From: Phoronis australis
Taxonomy: Eukaryota > Animalia > Phoronida
Assembly (NCBI GenBank): GCA_002633005.1
Contig: NMRA01000417.1
Coordinates: 76,158 to 140,157, forward strand
DNA length: 64,000 nucleotides
Direction of reading: 5' to 3'
The notes beneath the pieces are model-generated. The model was given only the letters and a program-made list of their open reading frames with translations. It was not told where the DNA came from and did no database searches. The position numbers were made by a program, and so were the translations under genes. Each line of letters opens with the position of its first letter. Positions within the stretch are counted from its first letter, which is position 1. Below, piece after piece: positions 36,701 through 48,700 of the stretch.

Positions 36701-39700
36701 CACAGTATGAACATATATGCCAATTTTTAAAATGATCCTGAAAGCGGTTTGATTGACAGAAGGGCCGAGGACAAAAAACAGATTATTAAACAGTAAAATG
36801 GCCACTAGATGGCACAAGATACCTTGAATCCATTCGAAAACGAAAGGAAAGCGTCACCTCACTAATAAAAGCCTATCTGCCAGATATTATGAAAATCCAT
36901 TGAAGATAAAGCTGTAAACGTAAGAAACTAAAATTGCCACTAGGGTGCACATCCGAAGTCTGATCTGTCCGAAAGTCGTCGTCGTTCGCTGTCAACTTAT
37001 ATAAATACACTTGCTAAATTTAGTAAAGATCCTGCAGAGCATTTACCAGATACAGCCATGGGCGTAAAATCAAACAAAACTGCCACTAGGAGGCACCGCA
37101 GTAGTTGAAGTCATTGCAAAATCAACGTCAGCCATCCTCTTTACAGTAGAAACACATGTGTCAATTTTGAAAATCATCCTTAGTTGACAGAGGGACAGAC
37201 GCCATAAAAAGACTCAAAAACAGGAAAAATGACAACAAGGTGGCCAAAATTACGTCGAATCCAACCAAAAACGGGAAGATAGCATCATCTCATTAGTAGA
37301 TGCCTAAGTACCAAGTTTCATGAAAATGCGTTAAGGACCTTTGAAGATACAGAGGTAAACATAAAAAACTAAAATTGCCACTAGGGGGCACACTGATAGT
37401 TGGTCCGCCCAAAATGCATCACCATCCATTGTCAGCTTTATAGAAATATATCTGCCAAATCTCATTAATATCCTGTGAGGAGTTTAAGAGATACAGCTGT
37501 GGACGCCGGGTGCCCGGAGAGACAAAGATGACGGCAACATACACCCACATAAAAATGTGGGTACATAAAATGACATTATGTTGAAAGAGTGCAATTTGGT
37601 GATCCACACAATAAAACATCAGCCTATTAGAAACAGCCAGAAAGCTCTAGTTTGGTACATTATTCCATACAACTTTCACAGACCTTCAAACACTAGTTAC
37701 TGCTGCGTGAACATACCAGTGACAGTGACAGTGTATTATTATTGTATGCATCTTTCACAGACCTTCAAACACGAGTCACATCAGAGTGAAACCACCACAG
37801 GCAGCTCTAGTTTGGTATGCTATTCTGAGTATCTTTCACAGTATATATTTCACACTCCTTAAACAATTGCCACACTTGGCTGACCGTACCGGTATTTTGA
37901 GTGCCCTCCATATTGATATGGCATGCTCGTCTTGTGGCTCTTCGTCGTTGGAATGACTAATTGACGCATAGTTCCCAATCTCCTAAAAACATACAATTTG
38001 AAACATATAAACCAAACTACACAGGTTTTTAAACTGTTCCTGAGCACACTCTCAATATTGAATTTATTAACTTTAAAACAGTCATAAAATCTCACAAATT
38101 ACGAACACAAACATTACCTCGAACTGATCAATATCTGAAAATGCGTTTTTAAGTAGTATATTAGAGTTACATTATTATTATTAGCCCTAACATGGTTAAG
38201 GCATGTATAGATTATATTTACCGAAAAAAGTTTTCACCGATTAATTAACCGAAGACTTTGAGATGTTCACTCGTCCCGGTTTAATAGGCTTTCTCGGCTT
38301 CAGCAAATAGGCTTTATTTGAACTTAGGAACACGAGTTCTCGAAAACAGCTTAGTGGAATTCCCTGAAACTTTTCAAATTTAATATTTGTTCATCAATCT
38401 CAAAAACACTGTAAGGCCTAGTTTTTGCGTTATATAAAAAAGACGAATACGACTTCTATTTTTTACAAAAATTTCTTACGTTTTGCTATTTGATTTGTCA
38501 CAGAAACTAAATGAAAGGACTGATCGAAAATTCCTAACAACATTTTTGATGTAACTGGTGAAGTTTCCATTTAAAAAGGTTTTGTTAAAATCGACCCAGG
38601 GGTTATTTTGCTATGAAATATACCTTTCTTAACAATTTTGACTTAAAAAGATGTTAACGTAATAATAATAATGGTACACAAATAAAAAACATATTTTTAT
38701 ATTCCGTGATGTTTTTTCTTTCAGAAAATAATACTTTTACTAGTTGACAATTAAAGCTTAGTTTTTTGATATACGAGTTAGAATGGAGGCTACTAAATAA
38801 GGTTTAATATAACCTTAATACCACACCAAGTTTGTGTTACTTCATATTCTGGGGCCAGCAGCTGACAAGCTTGATTATTGATCTACTACATTGGATTCAC
38901 AAAATAGTTGAACAGACCAACACATCTTTTGAAATAGCGCGACTACAGACCCCTAGTGTTACTTGGTTTAAGTTGACCCGGGGACTAATAAAAACAGTAA
39001 TTATACACCAACAGTAGTCTATATCAGCAACAACAGATCATTCAGCTTAGTGTCTGATCATATGGTGAACAAAAGCTTTAATTTGATACTTAAATATACA
39101 AAACCAATCTTTGAGATGTTAAAAGTCAAAACACTAAGTTTTTAACCATTTATAAAAGTCACCTTTACCAATAAGAGTAACAGTTTTGATTCCAAACGAA
39201 AGTACTACATGATTGTTTCCTTGTATTGAACAATAAAATTTTGCCTGCTTTGGTTACAAGATTTATGCCACAAAAGCAAAATGGCTGCTGGCAGGTGGCA
39301 GGTTCTTTGCCGAAACAGCAACTGGAATTGATGTCACATGATTTTGGGTGTTCTACGACTTTAATAAACACAATGCACCAATACCTGAGGGTTCTGCAGG
39401 ATCCTGCTGTATCCAGACGGATTTACCTGAAAAGAATCAACACTCACAATTAGCTGTATAAAAGCACAAACTTTAGCCCATCCACTTATAATACATGAAA
39501 ACAGGATTTAAAAAAGTTATTTAGTCCCAATTTTACATATAAGAGCACGAGCCAAAATTTTGCTTATAGGCACAGATGGGTGTTTTTTGCTTAATTGTGG
39601 ATGCAGGCACTCGCATTGTCCTTGACAAAAGCAAAGTATCTTGCTTGCAATTTGACAGCACATCTCCAAGATTATAATGCAGATGAAAACATTCTGTAAG

Positions 39701-42700
39701 GCTCACTTGAGAATTGCTATGCAATAATAACGAATAATTGGTAAAATAGTGCAGTTCAGTGACTAACTCTTGCAAAATTGGATTTATTGTTTCCATATTT
39801 GTATAGCATTAATTGAATCAGACCTGAAAAGTGTACAACTTTCGGAAGGAAATTTTAAGAAATGTTTAGTGGACCATTTAATAAACCTGAGTAAAACCAG
39901 TGAAAATTTCAACAGCAAAAATTTTCCAAGTGTTTAAAATAAATCTGCATTTCACACTGTCTAATGCTAAACCATGAAAACTGAATTAATGTCTCAAATA
40001 TTCCTTACCATGATGGAATTACACCTTTTTTAAAAAATTAAGTAACAGGCAATGCACAGCTGTGCTATTTTGGAATTTGCAATTTAGGGGTTGGCCAACT
40101 CCAATAAGTTTTAAAACTATATATGGCAAAAAGTGTTTCAGAGTTTATTAGTTGTGCTATTTTTGAATTTGCAATTCAGGGGTTGGCCAACTCCAATAAG
40201 TTTTAAAACTATGATGCCAAAAAATGTTTCAGAGTTTATTGGAATTAGCCAACCTTAAACTTTCAAATTCAAAAGAAAACGCAACTTACAGTTCATTGCG
40301 TGTGACTTGAGTTGGTAATGGAAATGGAATATGACAGCACTGAGGAATATTATTAGGTAATTTTTTATGAGAATGAAAGCTCCGAATACAATCATGGTTT
40401 TGCTCATTCCAAAAAGTTTGTGTGTAGGCACATGTATACCATCAAAATACCTGTGCAGCTTCAAATACATGCACATGGACCTAAAAAGACACCATAACAG
40501 CAGAGAGTTGGGCAGAATTCAATTACACACAAGCAAAATTCTAACATAAATACATGTCTCAGGTGTGTATTTACTAAGTTTGGCATTAACTATTTCAAGT
40601 TTAGGGAAGATGACAGAACAAATTATAATTTCTGTCTCTGAAAATTAACAAGACATCAAATACTACTAAACACCAACAAAACCATTTTGTCCACATGTTC
40701 CAGAGAGATTTGATCCACGTAAACTAAAATTCACACCAGACAAAGACCATTATTAAGAATTCACTTTTAACCTTTTCTGGTTTGACAGAGACAAATTAGT
40801 AAATTTTTAGTACTAACTACTGCATAACAGCATATCAGTGTGCTAGTAAAACCATGATATCAAATCTTCCATGTGTGCCCATGTGAACAGGTTATAAATT
40901 GTGAACTTGCACAAGTAAACCAAAGTCATGGGGGCCTCTAGTACACACCATAAGTAAAGAAGGGAGTATTGCAGACGCCATTACATAGCTACATTACATA
41001 ACTACATAGATGCGTCGGAAGTCTAGTCTAGCGAGGCTCCCAATCTTGCCACTGACATGCGTGATTATCTGCTGCTTGACCTTTGATCCGGGTCAGACAA
41101 TGAATGAACCTGATCGAAGGTCAAGCAGCAGCCAATCACAGGGACCGACACGGTGTCACGTAATGACAAGATTGCAAACCTTGCCAGACTTCTGCAACAT
41201 CTATTTATCTAATAAAATGTAATGTAGCTGTGCAAATGTAGCTATGTAATGTAGCTATGTAATGTAGCTATGTAATGGCATCTGCAATACTCCCTTCTTT
41301 ACGTATGGTGTATACTAGAAGTATGGTCTAAAAGAATTAAGTAAGCTCCCATGAGCAGACCCAGGCCCACCTCATCCAATAAGGGGTCGCTCTCTTTCTT
41401 GTCTACACGCATTCGACTCTCCTCATCCAGCTAGGTCACAGGTTAAGAAAGAGTAAGATAGAAAGGATTAATCATCAACCAAAGAACACAGTTGGATTAC
41501 CTACATAATACCAGAGAATTAGTCATGCATTCAAGTTACGAATTTGGTTATAACTCAAGATTGGCCATAAACAGAAGTGTACAACTTCAAGTTATAACAT
41601 TGGTAATAACTCAAAAGAGTGTTAGCCACAACTATACAACAAAGCCGAAACAAAATAAGGAAACTTCAGCAACCAGCAAACTTTATCAGCAAAATTGCTT
41701 TGTTTGTAAATATAAAGCAAAAATAGAACATCCAACAAGCGCAAAATGACAGGAGTTCAAAAAACATGACTCCCAACCATTGAAGCATAGAACAAAGATT
41801 TTGTTACCTCAATAAGTTCTTCGAGAAACTGTTTTGAAAAATGCAATGGTCAGAAAATTGTAGACATACATCAATTGCTAAAGAATTTTGTTAAGTTGTG
41901 GTTTTACCAAGACTCTTTCATTACTGCCACATCCAGCGTAAGGGCTAAAATTGTTAGTATGTTATTTAAGCATTACTGCGGTAAAACCAGTGCTGCAGTG
42001 TATTTCCTAGAGTGAGTGTAACCATCAAAGGAAAACAAAACCAAAACTACACAATGTCAAGTACACAGTCCATTAACACCACGGTGTACAAGTGATGTAA
42101 AAGTCGATGAAAATTTAGCAGACTGATAGGAAAATGTAAGGAGGTCAAGTGACGAAGTACTGATACAGAGCATTGAAATGCGCCCACAATTGCACCATAT
42201 ACGGTATCCTTCTAGGGTTGTTTATTGGTACCATAAAGTGGCCAGTAGAGGGCATATATGTAGTATGTTGTACTTTGCAAAATGGAAAGGCATGGTCATT
42301 GTCTCCTCAATAGGCTAGGGGCAAAATGTGAGTGATCTTCATAATACAAGCACATCCTATACATCAGTTGCTTAAAGCACCACAGAAACATAGAATTAAA
42401 AACAAATTTACCAACATACGAGATTAGCACAGCATTAGAATGCCAGAAACAAATTTCTACTTGGAACTTTTCCTTCATAGTCACGAAGTAACACAAAGTA
42501 TACACCTGAAGACCTATGAAAATACAGAGGTCAATGTAAAATACTAAAATTGCCACTAGAGGCATACCGGTAGTCAGAATCATCCTAAAGTCGTCATCGT
42601 CCGTTGTCAACATCACATAAATACACTTGCTAAATTTAGTAAAGATCCTGCAAACGGTTTGGGAGATACAGCCATGGGCGCAAAAAAAAACTGCCACTAG

Positions 42701-45700
42701 GAGACGCCACAGTAATCAAAGTCATGGGAAATTCAGCGTCAACCGTCCTCTTCATAGTAAAAACATACATGCCAATTTTCACAATCATACTTAGAGCGGT
42801 TTGGTTGATAGAGGGGTGGACGCCAAAAAACAGACTCAAAAACAGTAAAAATGGCCACTGGGTGTCGCAAACTAGGTCGAACCCATCCGAAAACGGGAGG
42901 ATAGCGTCATTGCACTAATAGGTGCCTACACACCAAATTTCATGAAAATCCGTTAAGGACTTGTGAAGATACAAAGGTAAGCGTAACAAATTAAAATTGC
43001 CACTAGGGGGCACACCGGTAGTCGGATCCGTCCAAAAGTCGTCATCTTCCGTTGTTAACATCACATAAATATACTTACACAATTTCGTAAAGATCCTGCA
43101 AAAGGTGTAGGAGATACAGCCAGGCGCAAAACTGCCACTAGGAGGCACCACAGTAGTCGAAATCATCGGAAAATCATCGTCAACCGTCCTCTGCATAGTA
43201 AGCATATACATGCCAATTTTCACAATCATCCTTTGAGCGGTTTGGTCAATAGAGGGGTGGACGCACAAAAACAGACTCGAAAACACTAAAAATGGCCAGT
43301 AGGTGGCGTAAAGTATGTCGAATCCATCTGAAAACGGGAGGATAGCGTCATCTCACTAATAGGTGCCTACATACCAAATTTCATGAAAATCCGTTCAGGG
43401 CTTTTGAAGATACAAAGGTAAGCGTAAAAACTAAAATTGCCACTAAGGGGCACACCGGTACTCGGATCCGTCTGAAATTTCGCACATGCTGTCCCATTCG
43501 TGAATGGAACATATGTGCCAAATTTCATGAATTTATGTCAAAGGGTTTTGGAGATAGAGCAGCGGACGCCGGATGCCGGACGGACGCCGCCCGGAAGAAC
43601 GGAGATGACGTCCACATATAAATATGTGGGCACATAATAATAATACCTCAGAATATGTTTAGACAAGTTCTTCATTACACTGCTTTAAAAAAACTGATGA
43701 AGATGTAGAAACCGATAACAAACATGATTAGTACACGAATCTGCTATCTCATGCCACTCAAACTGGTGAGTGTCCTTAGCCACATTTCATTTCAATGAAT
43801 GGTGGGATATATCTACTACAACAATCTGCCTGACCAGATCTCCTAAAGTATATAGCTGTTACCCAAAGTCTTTTGGATGCTATTTAAAGTTGTGATTACA
43901 GTTAATACGTGAAAAACATTGTGAAGATTATTTTTCCCAACTCTTAACTGTTCCAAAAGATCAGCCTTGGGCATGTGAGAGATTGCAGCCCACTTTCTTG
44001 GGGCACTGGCCAGGGATACACCGATTTCTTTAGAATTGTGTGTACAAGATGCAATTTTACTGTGATTCATAAATGCAATGACCCAAAACTACCAACATTA
44101 CCTGGCAGCCTTCGACCCCAGTTTACACCCATGTGCTGAGGGAGAAACGTGTACATGATACAGGCCAACAGAAACAGTTAGCATCTACTATGTGACAGAC
44201 ATGTTCAAAAAGTGACAGCTTACCTCCTAACCCTTTGTGACAATAGCAACAATGTTTAGCTACCTCAGTGTTTCATGAACAACTACTACTGATCGAAGAA
44301 CATTAATTTTAAAGTGTTAAGTTCTGTGTGAGAAGACGGTTAATTTTTAGTCATGTTTTGTTCATGGTAGCCAAACATGAGAGCCTCTGTTACAAACAAA
44401 ACATGGAACTGGTTTCACTAACACAAGATCCATAATATTACCAACATCTACTGTGCGAATACTAAATTAGTATTCAAATGCTATTTTAAGTCTAAAATGT
44501 GTCACTATATTTTGCCCTTAAAAATTCCCCAATTTCCACTGTGTGAGGTGTTATTCTAACCCATAACACAGGCAGAATACAGTCATACTTCAGACAGTAA
44601 TATGTATTTTCAACTCACCAGGCCTGGGGAAGGGTATGGTGACTCCAGCTTAACATCACGAGGATCTGTAACAAACACATAGAACATCTCACTTGCTATT
44701 ACACAACATAAACGGAGAATCCCTAAAACAACTTCTGAAACTCTTCTTGCAAAGACAAAACACTTTGGCCTGCTTAAAAGTTGACCACAACACAACATAT
44801 GACATAACACTGTATCCTGAGTCACATGACTATACTTGTTTACAGGACAACATATTAAACTCTGCTGTCTGTAATCTTGTGATTGTTGAACATTTCACCT
44901 CATGTAACAAACATACTCATCCAATGAGCATTACCCAATGGATGTTTTGAAGTTTTATACAAGCCAGGAATCTTGTGGTCACTTGTGTAAACTATACATT
45001 ACTCAAAGCCTGTCACTAAACCTATCACCTGATTACGATAAAGTCCCTAAAATTTGGAACATTGAAATTCAAGGCAATACTGAATTTTCTTGATTCTGGT
45101 GTTTGGGACATGGGCGATTTTTGCGTTCCATCACTTTTAAAATATCGGGCAACTGTCTTTTGCATCCACAGCATCTGAAAATAAACTCGGCAGTTGACTA
45201 AATTGTCGAAAATAGTCACTCATGCAACGTTTTCATGAATCTCCATCCCTGTAACATTTATCGCTTTGGGAGAAAAAATAACACCCATTTCCAAATGTGG
45301 TACAACCTCCGACCTTGAGCAAAATAGTTATTTTTTTCACTGTCCCAAACTGAAGAATTTTTAACGTAATATTTGGGATCCAGCAGCAAAGTGAAGTCAC
45401 AGATAGTACTAACCTGGGACCAGAAAAAAGAAGACAATTAGTCCAAGACCAGCCATGATAGCACCAGGTACAATGAAAGAGAGACCCCACACCTCTGTCA
45501 CAAATATACCGGCAATGAGTGAACCCAGGATGTTACCTATGGATGTATGGGAGTTCCACACCCCCATAATGAAACCACGTCTGTAATACAAGAATGACAG
45601 ATTTACACATTAACATAGAAAATATTAATTCAAAGTATAACAGGAGAGGGAGAGGGAGGCTCTATAAGTGTCTGATATTTGATAAATACAATGTACAAGT

Positions 45701-48700
45701 ACCAACCTGCAAGAGTCATTTAACAAAATTCAGCTCAATTTTCAGTACAGCGACTGCTTTAAACTGGAAAATTTTTACCATAACTTATTTCAAAATTAAT
45801 TTTACACATTAAATAAACGTAACTAAAAGTACAATACACGTGCCATAAACTGTCTTAATCCCTGGCCCTCATTGAGATCAACTTACTTCCCCTTACCAAA
45901 CCAGTTGGCAACACAGGTGACTACACTTGGCCATCCTGTACAGTTGACTAGACCACTGAGGACCTGAAACAAGAATAAGTAGTTCTAGACATAACACGGA
46001 TCTGTGCGTATATACATGACTGCAAGTTGTCAGCAGATGGCACTATGGCCATTTTGCATCTTGTGTAGACTTCACGATACCAACAAGAACTATCTGACAG
46101 CCGTAAAAGTTAAGTTATGTTCAAAAGTCCACGGATCCATTAGATAATAAATATTCAGAGCTGCACATTCTTCAATCAGAAGATTTTCAAAGCAATGTAC
46201 TATGACAATGGCGTTGCAAAACTTCAATAGTAACCAGTGAGAATACTAATTTATTACTGCAGATGGCGCCCTTGTCCATACATGCACAAACATTTAACAG
46301 CATTACTTTTAAGTGGTGCTGTATTAAGGTACTTACAACTAGGTACATTTGACAGAAGTTATGGAAGTGAATTTTGACACCACTGGCGCACCCAGAAGTT
46401 TTCAATAGCAGGGGCAAAATTTGGGAACCAATAAAATGACCGACCATGTTGTGCCTTTGAGAAGAGTAGGACTTTTTGAATCTCGTACCATGAAAGTCCA
46501 CACACATGATGAGTAAAAGCTGCACAAGATGCATACTTATCTTCACTAAATAATCGGATCTTTTTCAAAATACTTTCTGTATGAACCTTTCCAAGACTAT
46601 CCTATTTTTTTAAAGTTCCAAAGCAAGAGCAACGCATAGCGTTGAAATGCGCCAATGATAGCACCTCAAACGGTATGCTTCTAATGTGGTTTTAGGAACA
46701 AAAATGGCTTTAAGATGGCGCAAAATGTGTCAAACCTGTCCAAATTGAGAAGGAGGCACAGTCTAGACACAACTATTTCCAAATAACATTAAAATAAGCC
46801 AAGCAACTAATAAGACTTAGCGGTAAATTTTAAAAAACAATCAACACTTGGGGGCACAACTATAGTCTGTTTGGTAAAAAATTATCGTCATCTGTTGCCA
46901 TGTCTATTGGAGCCCATGTGCCAAATTTTGCTAAGATCCTTCCAAGGGTTAAGAAGATACAGCTGCAGTAGATGCAAAAAAACAAAATTGCCTCCAAGGT
47001 GCACCAGAATAGTCAGAAACATTCAAAAATCAATTTTAGCCATGGTCTTCACATCAGGAACACAAACGTCAATTTTCATAATCATCCTTAGAGTGGTTTG
47101 GCAGATACAGAGGCACTAAAAGTCTGTAGCTTATATCCACTGACTCGGGCACTCACTTGCACACCCTGAATACTACTTGTTTATTGAAGAATATTCATGT
47201 TACCTAAGCTTATGCATGCACTGAAAAACTTCTTTGAACTGAATAAGTGGGGCCACGGCCTATTTGTGCCCCACCGTGGCTATGCCAGTGCTTGACACTA
47301 TTTGAACTTTGGACTAATGAGAAAGATTACACAGTAACTTGTTTTAAAATGAAGTCTTATCAATGCAATGAATACTAAATGTTATAAGAAAAAAATCTTA
47401 CAATCCTGTTGGATCCGACTTACGTGAGGCTTAACATTCAAAACCAATTGAAACAAACAGTCACTGACCTGTATGAGCACATAATACCAAAAGGCATGGA
47501 TGTTTGTGAAGAAGCCGAGTCCAAACGCAGCAGTAGCCAGACCACATAGAATCATGCCAGAACTCAAGAAGTAGCGCAGGTTTACACGCTCTGCGATGTG
47601 ACCGCTGCAAGACCAATACATATACAGACACTAACATGGCATAAGGTTACTGATGCAAACAATAATGCCTGCATACAGTGAAATCTCACCAGATAGGTGA
47701 CCCTTTGTTTTTTAATTTTTTGACAAAAACTAAACAGCATCAAAAATTAATGCTTTACCAAAAATTTCAAGTTAAGTTCCACAGTTACCATCACACAATT
47801 TTTGGACACTATGTCAACTCTACCAATACCATTACGTCAAAATTAATGCTTTCCATTACCAGTTTCAACACAATGCTGTAAAAGGTTTGAACTTCAAACC
47901 AACAGGTTTGGCCTACTTGCCTTGATTTTGGAAAACTAGGAAAAATCTGGACATTTTAGACTTCTTGCATTTAATTCAATGCATGTATTCCAGGACTTCA
48001 CATAGAAGCCTTCTGCAGTATGTACATGGACTTCCGGATGTGTACGTGAGTTTCGTAATTCTTGTTTAGTCTGAATTTTCTGTTGTGGAGAGCATTGAAA
48101 ATGATCAACTTTAAGCCATGAAGTGAAACATGGCTATTGTAAAAAGCATACAAATGAATGTAATGGTTGTTTTTCAGACTAACACAGTACTCTTTACCTG
48201 AAGAACATCCCAATGGCATATGTGAACAAGAAGGCATAGTCCAGAATACCAAGCAGTGAGTTGTAATTTGAACCATCTGAAGAAAGATGAAGTCAAGTTA
48301 AAGATATCCGTTATGAACAACATCGGAGACAATTCTGGATGTATAGGTGATTCAAAAGATAACATGTCAGTGCTCATTTTGTATTCAAATATAATTACAA
48401 GAAATTACAAAATAAGTAATGACAGCTTCTGGCCACACAAGGATTATATTAAGTATTGTCACATGACAGAGACCATCTCAAATCAAGTTGGGTCAAATAA
48501 TCCTACCAGTGTGTTGCCATGAAGGTTCATACACATCCCACTGACTACAAATCATTAATTTCACTCTGACTTGTACATAAACGAAACTGATGGATCCAAG
48601 CCTTAAAAAAAGGTAAGAAAGTTATAAACAACTTCTGCTAAGAAGAATTATGTTTTGATATTTTCAAATTTCAATTTTAAGTGCCTGGATTACTCATCAA

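Noticed and set aside
35906-43286. Long ORFs in 36-37 kb and 42-43 kb
   Set aside because: They translate HINE core repeats, resemble each other and have no protein-family signature.
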